64,000 nt of DNA from assembly GCA_047495785.1 (NCBI GenBank), contig JBLDXI010000042.1:3596001-3660000 (forward strand), read 5' to 3'. The stretch is from Lepidodermella squamata. Taxonomy: Eukaryota > Animalia > Gastrotricha. Numbering within the stretch: the stretch's first letter is position 1; each line of letters opens with the position of its first letter. A program made the translations under genes and the position numbers. Below, piece after piece: positions 1 to 10,971 of the stretch. Under the pieces are notes generated by a model. It made no database searches. It was given only the letters and a program-made list of their open reading frames with translations, and was not told the DNA's origin.

Positions 1-286
1 CCGTCCGGACATGATGACCGATTGATGAGATTGTTGAAAAACGGATGTTCAAATTAGCTACTAACAAAAATTGCGGTGCTTTTTTGTGCATTTTCTGGTT
101 TTATTTAGCACTGGACCTCTTGACAGTCAAAATGTCGTACGGCCCATACGACACTGCATCAGAATTATCATCAATATTTCCAGAAAAACTACGCTATTAT
201 CAGAATCACGGAGGAGAGAAATTATTTGAATCACCGGATAAAATAGAGAAATAAAATATATATATTTGATTGATTTTTCAGCTTTT

Positions 287-3217
287 TTAGCGCAGAATGA
301 CGGATAGCGGGCCGTTTTTCGACGGCCACACAGCGTGCTGACCAGCCAGGTGCTTGATCACCTTCAAGTTCTTCGTTGCTCGTGCCAGGTAGCGCCGGCA
401 GCGAAGGACGACGTGTCGGCAGAAGAGCCTCACACCGGCAAGCTGATGTAGCTCGCTAATGCGAGTATCGCGAGGCAGATGAAGCGCCGTCCGAAGAGCG
501 GCGTTCTGGACAACTTGTAGATTCGCGACGCGGGACGGCTTGTTGAGACGGCCAACCCACGCCGGTGCGCCATATTCCATCACAGATCGGATCAGCTGCT
601 TGTAGACTAGCAGTGCCGACCTGACGCTGAAGCCAAGACGTTTGCCAGCAACGAGGCGCAGGCCATTAAGGCGGCGCTTGCACTTGTCGGCAACCGTGCG
701 GAAGTGCTCGCGGAACGAGAGCCGCGAGTCGAAAGTCACGCCTAGGTACTTCGTGCTGTCGACGACTTCGAGTTTGACGCCATCGACAAACAGCTCGACA
801 TCTTTCGGCGAGTGCTTCTTGTTGTTACGTCGAAACAACATCGCCACACACTTCGTCGGGTTCAGAGGCAGCCGCCACATCCGGCTCCAGCGAGAGACCC
901 GGTCGAGAGCGGCTTGCACCACCTTGGCCGCGGTTTTAACATCGCGGGCCGAGGCAGCCGTCATCGCATCGTCGGCAAACGACGCGTTCGTCGGGTTGTC
1001 AGTGTCGGCCAACAGGTTGGCCGTGAAAATGATGAATAAGACCGGTGAAAGCGAGCTGCCTTGCGGCACGCCAGCCTTAATTGCGAACAGTCGGCTGATT
1101 GCCTCGCCGACCCGTACGCAGAACTGCCGATCGCGGAGAAACGACGACAGCCAACGGACGAGGCCGACCGGAACCTTCTTTGGCGCCAGCTCGACTAGCT
1201 TCAGACGCAGCCCATCGTGCCACACGGCGTTGAATGCGCCCTTGAAATCGATGAAGGCCGCCACCGTTGCTCTTCGCCGTGTAAAACCGCGAGCGACCAA
1301 CTCCGACAGCCGAAACAGTGCGTCGTCGGTCGAGCGCAGCAAACGGAATCCGCTCTGGTGTTCGGGTAGAATTCCGGCTCGTTCTGCCATCTCGAGTAGC
1401 CGCCGTGCGAGAATCAACTCCAGCAGCTTTGCGATTGTAGGCAAGAGCGAGACCGGTCGATAACCGTCCGGTGTAGACAAATCCTTGCCCGCCCGAGGCA
1501 GCGGCACGATTACGGCGATTTTCCACCGCCGCGGGACGTAGCCAGTTGCCAAGGACAGGTTGAACAAGCAGCGCAGATGCCGGTGAAGCGTCGCGCCGCC
1601 CCGCTTGATTAGCAGATTGCTGATGTCGTCCAGACCCGGTGCTTTGAGTCGCAGCCCTCGAACGGCCCGTCGAAATTCGGACCGGCTGATGAGAAGCGAC
1701 CTATCGGCGTTGCGTCTCGCGTCGCCCACCGGGAGAGGGTTTAAAACATCACTACATTTTTCTGGAAAAGCGACACTGACCTGGTTATGAAGCGCGGCCC
1801 CCTCGGCACACTGGGGTGGCCGCGCATCGCCTTCGAATGAGCTGCACAGGTGCTGCCCAATTACGTCGGCTCGCTGTTCGTCGGTCGTCGCCATAGAACC
1901 ATCGGGCGCCTTGATCGGCTTGAACCGGGCCCTCGGGGTGTAGCCCTCGCCCGAGCTGACCTGCTGGTACTGCCGCCAGAAAGACCGCATGTTGATGTGG
2001 CGGTGCCGCTCGATCGCCTTGATCTTGGCCGCCAGAGCTTTCGCCTTGGCATCCTTGACCAGCCGCTTGACTTCGCGGCATTTCGACTGCCACAACCGCT
2101 TGTAATAAAACGATTTGGTCGACCGCCACAGCCGCTGATAACGGTGTCGACTTCGTATCGCCGCCTTGATTTTCGGTGTCAGGCGCCACCCTCGGATCTT
2201 CTTCGCCGGTACGAGCGGGATCGCCGCGTCCGCCGCGTCGGTCATCGCCTTGACCACTGTCGCGTCGTAGTCGTCGAGTTGCTGCTCGGTCGCCGTCATC
2301 GGGTCCGGCGGTACGACCTCCTCGAGCCGCCGGTCGATTTCAGCCACAAACTTCGGCCAGTCCGCTTCAGCGTAGTTGCGCCGCATTTGCTGCGTCGCGT
2401 TGTCGCCGTTGCCACCAGCCGGGCCCAACTGGAACCGGGTGCAGATCGCCGCGTGGTTGCTGCCAAACGTCTCCGACACCTCCACCTGCTCGCACCGCGC
2501 CGCCACGTCCGGCGACACCAGCCACAGGTCGTTCGTCGAGCCGTTGCCCAAGTGCGACCAGAACGTCGGGTCGTTCGCCTTGTTCAGACACACACCATCG
2601 CCATCCACCACAATCTCGTCGATCAGCCTTCCGGGCCGGTCGTAGCCATCGTAGCCGAGCCAGCCGATCGTAGCGTTGAAGTCGCCGTAGACCATGCAGC
2701 GGCCGCGCTTCAGAACGGTCCTAAGAGCCTCCGCGTCCAGCTCGACATCGGGCGCACGGTAGAACGCCGCCACGGTCAGCTCCTCGTTGCTACCGGGCAG
2801 TCGAAACGTGACCGCGAGCCACTCCGTCGCTGACTTCGGGTCGTCCTCAGCGTAAACATATTCGGTAATAGATATTAATTCTAGGTCTGAGCGAAGGAGA
2901 ACGGCTACACCGCCACCCATTTTGTCCTTTTTTCTCGCGGAAGGGTAGGCAGTGTAGCCGAGCAAATCGTAATTATCAAAATCACTATTTAGCAACCAAG
3001 TTTCAGATAAACATATCACATGTGGCCTAATCTCGTCTACTAAATGAGCATAATCTGCTGGGTGACGTGCGTTGAACCGGTTGCAGTTCCATCCTACGAC
3101 AGACAACCATCTCTCCATACCGGCTTGCCCGTCGGTCCACTTGGCCATACTCAGCGGCGACCCGTTCGACCGTTGTTGCCTGAACTGGGCGGTTGACGCG
3201 GTGCCTTGGCGAACCAT
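287..3217 (-). CDS. LINE ORF2: apurinic-like endonuclease plus reverse transcriptase
   Basis: APE motifs WNCN, LSETW, GGGVA, GDFNA and GSNH. RT motifs KAPGLD, YRPVSLL, QSGFR, GVPQGSSLSP, FADD and YLGV. The real start may be the ATG at 3148, 2 nt after the ORF1 stop. Confidence 0.96.
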   Translation of the reverse strand: MVRQGTASTAQFRQQRSNGSPLSMAKWTDGQAGMERWLSVVGWNCNRFNARHPADYAHLVDEIRPHVICLSETWLLNSDFDNYDLLGYTAYPSARKKDKMGGGVAVLLRSDLELISITEYVYAEDDPKSATEWLAVTFRLPGSNEELTVAAFYRAPDVELDAEALRTVLKRGRCMVYGDFNATIGWLGYDGYDRPGRLIDEIVVDGDGVCLNKANDPTFWSHLGNGSTNDLWLVSPDVAARCEQVEVSETFGSNHAAICTRFQLGPAGGNGDNATQQMRRNYAEADWPKFVAEIDRRLEEVVPPDPMTATEQQLDDYDATVVKAMTDAADAAIPLVPAKKIRGWRLTPKIKAAIRSRHRYQRLWRSTKSFYYKRLWQSKCREVKRLVKDAKAKALAAKIKAIERHRHINMRSFWRQYQQVSSGEGYTPRARFKPIKAPDGSMATTDEQRADVIGQHLCSSFEGDARPPQCAEGAALHNQVSVAFPEKCSDVLNPLPVGDARRNADRSLLISRSEFRRAVRGLRLKAPGLDDISNLLIKRGGATLHRHLRCLFNLSLATGYVPRRWKIAVIVPLPRAGKDLSTPDGYRPVSLLPTIAKLLELILARRLLEMAERAGILPEHQSGFRLLRSTDDALFRLSELVARGFTRRRATVAAFIDFKGAFNAVWHDGLRLKLVELAPKKVPVGLVRWLSSFLRDRQFCVRVGEAISRLFAIKAGVPQGSSLSPVLFIIFTANLLADTDNPTNASFADDAMTAASARDVKTAAKVVQAALDRVSRWSRMWRLPLNPTKCVAMLFRRNNKKHSPKDVELFVDGVKLEVVDSTKYLGVTFDSRLSFREHFRTVADKCKRRLNGLRLVAGKRLGFSVRSALLVYKQLIRSVMEYGAPAWVGRLNKPSRVANLQVVQNAALRTALHLPRDTRISELHQLAGVRLFCRHVVLRCRRYLARATKNLKVIKHLAGQHAVWPSKNGPLSVILR

Positions 3218-4668
3218 GATCGTACCGTGTCGGGCTTGACCAGCGCGGCGAGACTATCCGCGATGACAGCAACAACAGCATCAGCAGGTGACTTGCCTTT
3301 GCCGACATTGTTCGCCGCTGTGAAAGCCGCCACCATCGCCGTCGCCATCGTCTTCAGGATGTCCAGAATGTCCTCCTTGCGGATGACACCGTCGTCGCTA
3401 CCAGTACTCTCTGCCGTCTTCTTCGCCTGCTCGGCCGGCGGGGTCGACTTCTGCTCGGGCTTCTGCTCGGGCTTGCGATCGGCCTTGCCGGCGACGACTT
3501 GACTCCACTTCCTCTTCTCTTCGCAGCCGCCGTAGCTCGCCGAGTGGTCTTTGCCGCAGTTGGCGCAGACCAGGTGCAGAGGCTCCGGGACCACGATCTC
3601 GTCGGTCATCTGCTCAAGGTGGCGTTGCCGCTCCGCCTCGCGCTTCTTCTTCTCAGCTTCGATCGGGCAGGCGCCTAGGACTCGCCGGTCGTGAGGACCA
3701 CTGCAGTTGGCGCACTTCGGCTGCTTCTCAGGACACGCGAGCTCGACGTGGCCGAAACCCTGACACCGGTAGCACTGCCTGGGCTGCAGCTTCTCGACGT
3801 ACGGAACGACCTTCAGAAGCATCGAGCACCAGACAAGGCCAGTATCGAACGCTTTCTTCCGGGCATCTTCACTATTAAATTCAATGACAACTGGGCCATT
3901 GCGGCCGATTTTAGATGGAATTCTAATTAATTTAGAAATACCGTCACCTTTAAGGTCGGTTTCGACTTCGTCTAGCTCGGCCCAGTCGGGAAGGCCGTAC
4001 GTCTTCGCTTTCCAGAGCAAAGGTCGAACCGGTTGTCGCTCGGGTCGTTGGACGGGCCGCTTGGCGTAGTCGCCTGGCTGATGAGACCACGCCTTGCCAC
4101 CAAATGCGTCCGCCGGCCATTTGCCACAGTCGAGGACCTTCGCTTGTCCAGCTGCCGACGTCATCTTCAGGAATAGGCCGCCGTTCTGCATGACTTGCGG
4201 TCTGCCGTAGAGAGCGAACTCGGTGCCGCAGACGCGCCGAAGCTCCTCGAGGATCGCACGATCGCCAGTGATGCCAGACACCCCGTCAATGATGACAGGG
4301 AATTCGGCCATTCGCTTGTTTTTCGGTGCCGGTTTCGGGTTCGGTTTCGGGTTTTGTTTCGGGTTTTGTTTCGGGTTTTGTTTCGGTGCGGCAACCTTTT
4401 GAGCCGCCGCTTCTTCTAGCTTTTTCTTTTTTCTTTCATCTTTCTTGGCCTGCTTCGACTGAGCCGTCCTGAACTCGGTCGGTTCGCCTTCTTCGCCATC
4501 GCCGTTCCTGCTTTTCTTCGCAAGAAAATCGGTTGCGGTTATCGCGTTGTCGTCGTCATCGTTGCGCGCGTCATCATCGGCGCCACGCTTCACGCCACTC
4601 GTCGCCGTTGCGGGGAAACAACAGCAGCTGTTCTCGTCCGGGCAGTTACACGACCGGATAAGGCTCAT
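3151..4668 (-). CDS. LINE ORF1 (gag-like nucleic-acid-binding protein)
   Basis: Three zinc knuckles: CYRCQGFGHVELAC, CANCSGPH..C and CANCGKDH..C. Basic N-terminal region with PKQN/PKPN repeats. Confidence 0.92.
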   Translation of the reverse strand: MSLIRSCNCPDENSCCCFPATATSGVKRGADDDARNDDDDNAITATDFLAKKSRNGDGEEGEPTEFRTAQSKQAKKDERKKKKLEEAAAQKVAAPKQNPKQNPKQNPKPNPKPAPKNKRMAEFPVIIDGVSGITGDRAILEELRRVCGTEFALYGRPQVMQNGGLFLKMTSAAGQAKVLDCGKWPADAFGGKAWSHQPGDYAKRPVQRPERQPVRPLLWKAKTYGLPDWAELDEVETDLKGDGISKLIRIPSKIGRNGPVVIEFNSEDARKKAFDTGLVWCSMLLKVVPYVEKLQPRQCYRCQGFGHVELACPEKQPKCANCSGPHDRRVLGACPIEAEKKKREAERQRHLEQMTDEIVVPEPLHLVCANCGKDHSASYGGCEEKRKWSQVVAGKADRKPEQKPEQKSTPPAEQAKKTAESTGSDDGVIRKEDILDILKTMATAMVAAFTAANNVGKGKSPADAVVAVIADSLAALVKPDTVRSWFAKAPRQPPSSGNNGRTGRR

Positions 4669-4754
4669 CCAACTTCGAACTTGTATCGAGCTTTGAAATT
4701 AGCTTTTACGAACTTTACGAACTTTCACGTAAACTTTCAATTGCGGTGCGAAAT

Positions 4755-5350
<596 letters not shown>

Positions 5351-5381
5351 GCGACTGGCTCTCCGAATACCAACACCGACC

Positions 5382-5418
5382 GGCCCTTTTCAGGGCCACA
5401 AGTTGTTGCAACAGTGTT
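5382..5418 (+). promoter_or_regulatory. Histone mRNA 3' stem-loop (SLBP site) plus downstream element
   Basis: GGCCCT-TTTC-AGGGCC at 5382-5397 followed by ACAA. TTGCAACAGTGTT at 5406-5418. AATAAA at 5449. Confidence 0.95.
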
Positions 5419-5622
5419 ATTGCTTCTTGTTAAAAGTTCCTCGCTAGCAATAAATCTAAAAATGATTATTATTTATCGACATTTCAAGTTTAGATTTTGT
5501 TGCAGACTTGCAGATGCCGTTGAAACGCTCAAAATTACCTTCGTTAAACATGATATTTCCAGATTAACTCTCGGGCAGAGGAATGTTGTACAGCGTGTCC
5601 CGTAAGTAACGCAAAGAAATAT

Positions 5623-6982
5623 CGTTAGCGACGCGCCAAAACAACCGCTTTACTATTTTTAGATCATTATATGAAATTACGATCGGCCCCATCGGCGGCG
5701 GAACGTAAATGGCATATTACGATTTTTGGTGAACGTAATGGTTTTTAACGACGTAGCCGTGGTTCACTTGTACGATCTGAACGTATAATTACTGAACGTA
5801 CAAATTATTACGACCGGCGCGTAAAGTTTAATAACGATTTTGGCGTAAAAGCAAACAGCGATTCGAATGTAAGATTTGGTACAATTCGATAGTAACAATA
5901 GAATAAGTTGGTCAGAACCGAAAAAACATCGAGTGTGGCGGTGCCTTGGAGCGAAGGCCGCTTGTTCTGGTTCAGCAAGCTGAGGCCAGATAAGTTTTTC
6001 GTTCGAGAAGGCTACGAACCCCATTGCCCGTGGAAGGTGTATGTCGCTAGAACGTCTGCTAAACCGAAAGGTCCTCCAACAAAAGCATACCCAAAGCCAC
6101 GAGGAGTCACAGCCGCCCTTAAGAATGACCTACTGGAAATGCTGGACATGGGCATTATCCCACAAACTTACGAGGATCATATTAGATCATTACCTTTTGT
6201 TGACGGAGATGAGGCCACTACTGCTGGGAAGAAACGTAAAACTGTCTTGCCTTCGGGAAAGCCGAGAAAGCGCGCAAGAAAGGCATTTGATAGCGAAGAC
6301 TCCGATGATGACTGAAATCTGTCTAGTTTTCATTTTGAATTTTTCATAACAAATAAAAAATGGGCGAGATCTTACGTGCTCTTGTTAACATTGAAATTAT
6401 TTAAAAAGAAGCAGCAGATAAAAACACGGTCGATTAAGAATCAGGTATTACGATTTCCCTTTGACGGAGATTGACGGAGAACAACGAATGGCATTGCGGT
6501 TTAATTGGACGTGAAGTTTGAGCGTGTTTTTTTAATGTTTCAAACGTAATTCTATTTTACGATTTGAAGGTATCAGGTATCTACGTCTAGAAGGTACAGA
6601 TCTGTTACGCTCAAATCGTATCAGTTGAGTACCGCCCGATGGTACCTAACCAACACGTTCCTATCGTATTAGATATTTACCGCGCGATGGTGATTTCATT
6701 TTACGGGTGCAACGTACTTTCAAAGTACGATGTGAACGTACCTAATGTTACAGCTTAGTTGTGGTTTTAGCTTACGATACTAACGTAGTTGATATTTACA
6801 TTTCTAACGTATTTGCATCGTACTTCCGATTACGCTTTTGTAGTAAAAAAGGGTACGTTACGAACGTAAAAACGGTTTACATTGAACCCCCAGAAAAGCC
6901 TAACGTACTTCATCATTACATCAGGCTCCTAAAATACGATCGAATGAGTCATCTAAGTGGTTGTTTTGGCGCGTCGCTAACG
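5623..6982 (+). mobile_element. Non-autonomous TIR DNA transposon, Sola1-like
   Basis: Perfect 24-bp TIR CGTTAGCGACGCGCCAAAACAACC at 5623-5646 and 6959-6982, flanked on both sides by ATAT (AWWT-type 4-bp TSD). Internal transposase C-terminal remnant. Confidence 0.8.
5908..6315 (+). pseudogene. C-terminal fragment of a DNA transposase
   Basis: Pattern W..GRLFWF..RP..FF.R.GY....W...Y...KNDLLEML..IIP..Y..HI.SLP followed by an NLS-like basic stretch and acidic tail. It lies inside the TIR element and has no ATG-started N-terminus. Confidence 0.55.
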
Positions 6983-7466
6983 ATATGCGGAAAAGGGTTC
7001 AGAAACTAAAATGAGAGGAGAAGTCACATTTCATGACCAGGAAAATTACGAAAATCAATCATGTCACTTGTTAATGGGATTGAGAAAGTCTGCAGAAATT
7101 TGGTCCAACCGGGTAAAATACCGAAAATTACCGAACCAGTTACCATCAGGGTTTTCTCCGGTAAATTCTTTATTTCTTCGGTTAAATCGCGGATAAAAGA
7201 TGGAATTTTCTCTCGGTAGGTTTAATTTAAAAAATTAGTTGAATTCCCTAAAAAAGTTGCCGAATTAATTAATAGTTGACTGGGACAATTAATTAATACT
7301 TCTGGAACACGCTGCGTATAACAAAGGAATATTGATCAATAGAAAAGCAAGACGTGACCACGGTCATACTTCAGGTTATTTTATTGGAGAATCGTGGATC
7401 TAATCATAAATTTATTTAAGAACAAGCAAGCAGCCATTGTCATGAAATTGTCATCATTTTAAGAGT

Positions 7467-8584
7467 TTATTTGAACCAAACGAAATGGGAGCCGTCAACA
7501 GGCTTCTCCGGCTTCGACCAGTCCGGACCGTTGTAGGCCGGGATAAGTTGCGATGGGTTGACATCTTTATGAGACATGTAATAAGCTCTTTTTATTACGT
7601 CCTGCCTAACCGTCTCAGCAACACCGGGTAGTTGATACATCACCTTAGTCCAGTTGAAAATATTCGGATAATCCAAATCGCTTCGCAGCGACTTCAGGTT
7701 ACACTTGAAATGACATTCGTAAACAGTCGGGAAGCGAAGAATAGTGACCAAGAGACGAATATCAGACTCGGTGATGACATTGCCAGCTAAATACGGTTGC
7801 TTCGACAAAATTTGCTCAATTCGATCGAGCGCATCGAAAAGCGCCTTCGAATTCACGTCGTAGTCATTTTGAGATTTGCAGAAAAAGCCGAACATTCCAG
7901 TCTTGTAGACACCCCGGTTGATGTCTGAGTACAGCCATTCGTTCAACTCGTCGATTTTACCACGCAAAGCTTCCGGGTACAAATCAATCGTCGGCTTGGG
8001 CAGGACATCGTTGAAACCGGTGTTAAAAATTCGGATGATTTCAGCCGATTCGTTATTGACTATTGTTTTTGTTTTCACGTCGAATAGGACCGGGACTGAA
8101 ATGCGACCGGCGTAGTTAGGGCAGGCAGCGAAATATATATCTTTAAGGAGTCTGGCGTTATTAATCGGATCAGGATTTTCAGTTGTGAATTGCCACGTGT
8201 TGAACTCGGGATGAAAAATTGGATCGACGGAAACTATGCGGATGTAATCGTCGAGTTTCTTCAATTTTCTGGTGATCAAAGTTCGGTGAGCCTAGAAAAA
8301 AGATTTTTCTTATAAATATATAACAAAAGCAATTTTTAATTTGTAACATATAAATTAATAAATAGTGTGCTAAAAATAAAAAAGTATATTTCCTATTTTT
8401 TATTTTTTTTGATAATAAAAAATATATTCGAAAACGTCTTCAAATTTATACTCACCCAAGGACAGGCATAGGAAAAGTATATGACATATCGGTCTTTTTC
8501 TGGCTTGTAGATAGGATGACTGCTTGAGATCGTTTCATGGAAAGCCGTCGGTCCATTTTGATCGGCCGGAGTTGAATTTGCCAT
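7467..8584 (-). CDS. Glutathionyl-hydroquinone reductase (Xi-class / ECM4 / YqjG-like GST), copy 1, 2 exons
   Basis: Exons 8584-8456 and 8291-7467 (GT-AG, phase 0) join the catalytic motif YACPW|AHRT. Also SVPVLFD, IVNNESAEI and HFKCN. Confidence 0.93.
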
Positions 8585-9267
8585 TTAAATTTTTTTCAAA
8601 TATTAGGTTCAGACTACAAATAATTAAACTCTTCGATGAGGAGATGAGGAGATGAATTAAAAAGCGTGTCAAATTTTTCTCGCCAAAAATGCACGTCGAA
8701 CCTTGTCAGTAATCAGCTGCCTATATACTTCTAAAGTCGGGTAAATTTTGATATGTTTTGGACCCTTTCGCCATACACAAACGACGTGTGTTGTGCGCAA
8801 TTTTTTGCTGGCAAATATACACGCATTGAGTGCCGGCGTTATTCGATATATAGATCTATAACACGCAAGTACATTTATGTGTGTAAAGATGATTCATCAC
8901 AATTTTTTGCTTTTTGCGGTCGCGCGATGGAGAAAATCACTTGATTAGACATTACTATACTGTGTACTGGCAAAGAGTGAGCATAATCAGTCAAAAATGG
9001 GTGACTATTTTAACTGACTTTGAATTTAAAGATTTTCATGGAAAATCAATGCTTTAGGTTATGCAGGACCTCACATTATTTGCGTCTATAAAAGTCAATG
9101 TTTATTTCCCTCGAACTTGGCTTCAGTGAGAAAGGATCAACGATTTGTTGTAAAGAATGACGAAATTAAATTCATTCAATCAATATAAATAACAGAGCAT
9201 ACATTTACGAAGTACAATATTATTCAGGCGGCAAGAAAAAATCGTCATTTCTCGGTAATGTGGCGGC

Positions 9268-10681
9268 CTAAATCCGGCAGCTCGGGTAACACTTCTGGCC
9301 GCGCATGATGTCCATTTTACATTGACACTAGAGAAATGCAAAAAAATCAGAAAAAATGATAAATCGATTCTGCAGATTGAAAAGCTCAACTTCGTAACAG
9401 TTTGATCGATGGAGAATTTTTGGATTTTTTTAATTTTATTTCCCATTGAGGTTTAAGATCGAAATTTGACCTAATTCGACATTATACCATAATTTCTAGT
9501 AAAAATAATTCCTATAACTCAGAAAAATAGCTATGAAGGCAGAATAAAGTGCTAAAAATAAGCTCCCTTCAGCCCGAAATAAGAGCTCAAAAATTTGAAT
9601 AATTTCAATTTTTACCTCTCCATTCGCTGGACATTTTACGCCGCTAGGCCAAGCTTGAGGAACTTGCCATGTCGAAGTTTTGCTGACTTTGAATGTCGTG
9701 CAAAATATCGGATCACAGTAGCAAGAATACTTGGGTTCTTCCTGCTAAAAAATTAGAAAAATAGGTAATTAAAATATAAAATGGATACTTTTAAATCGTT
9801 TATTTCAACCTGGTTAACTTTCACTTCTGCGACTTTTCTGGAATTATCCGGTCCTTTCACTTGGTCCACTAAATTTTTGACCGCTTTTGCGATAGAATCA
9901 GCCTGATCATCGCCGGTATTGTCACCACCATCGTCGTCCTCCTCCTCCTCTTCTTCTTCTTCTTCTTCCTCGCCATTTTCTTCGTTATTTCCAGTTTCGG
10001 CATTTTCTTCCTCCTCTTTTTCCTCATTTTCCCGCAGAATTTTCTTGATTTTCGCAATTGTTTCCGGCCTCAACGCGGGTGCTGCACTTTCACTGCTTGA
10101 CCAAGGCTTGCGGGCTAATTTCTTCATGCTCCGATGAACAGTCGTTACAGTCTGCTGCTTCGTGTGTTCATGCAACCTCGGCCGAACTTCAGCAGCATCG
10201 TCTCGATCTCGCTTCTCCTTTTCATGCTGTGATTTCGATGGGTGATCGCGCCGATGTTCCGAACGGACCTCGTCGTGGCGGTGCTTGCCCCAATTCTTCG
10301 TAAAAACCTCCATTTCCCGCTCGATTTTATCGAAATATCGATGGTCGGGAAATTTCGAGTCTGGTTTGTGGTGATTTTTCGACTTTTTCCACGCCTTATT
10401 TTCGTGGCTGTGCCCGCTGTAATCAGGTCGGTCTTCAAAGGCCATAATCGCTTTCAAAAGGTCATCGTCATTATTGGCTCGATAGGCCATGCCCTCCCGC
10501 ATGCTGACATCTCGCCGTTGTCTTATCGGGATAAATTCTATACGTAAATTGCAGTGATGAATTTAATACAAAATCAATACCTATCGCCCTTTGGTGGGCA
10601 TTTACCTGGAATCCCAAGCGCCAACTCGCCGAACCATAATAAAATACCGCAAAATACAAGAATTGACAGAGACTTAGCCAT
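9268..10681 (-). CDS. Orphan secreted precursor protein, about 4 exons
   Basis: Signal peptide MAKSLSILVFCGILLWFGELALG, furin-like RQRR, His/basic region, poly-Glu tract. C-terminal Cys domain YSCYCDPIFC..KCPANGE|CQCK..KCYPSCRI*. Splice sites were inferred by eye. Confidence 0.7.
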
Positions 10682-10971
10682 TTTTATCAAACAAATGGCA
10701 TGACGATTGATTTGAGAAAGAAAAAACTAATTTTTAAGACGAACTCGAGGCTGCCCAATTAATTTTTGATCCCGCCAATTTTTCATTTTATTTTAAAATT
10801 TTAAAATCTCGAAAAATTTGCAAAAATTCAAGAAAATAATGTTGCGCAATGGGACTAAATTTAATCTCACGGTTACGCTCAATAGCCAAGTAACAATCGC
10901 CTTAGGGGTTGATATAAGGATCCAATCTGAGCTAATTTTAATCATTCAGTAATTTTATACCTTTTCAAGAA

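Larger units (their letters stand above)
287..4740 (-). mobile_element. Non-LTR retrotransposon (LINE, Jockey-like) with both ORFs intact; ends approximate
   Basis: Gag-like ORF1 followed by APE-RT ORF2. No RNase H or C-terminal CCHC seen. Very short 3' flank (aaaaatcaatcaaatatatata), with no clear poly(A) tail or TSD. Confidence 0.93.

Noticed and set aside
642-2833. Long plus-strand ORFs (273 and 327 aa) antisense to LINE ORF2
   Set aside because: These are expected shadows of GC-rich codon usage and contain no recognisable motifs.
5412-5447. CAGTGTTA..GCT.CTT resemblance to the 5' end of vertebrate U7 snRNA
   Set aside because: There is no U7 Sm site or terminal hairpin, and the short match is probably chance.
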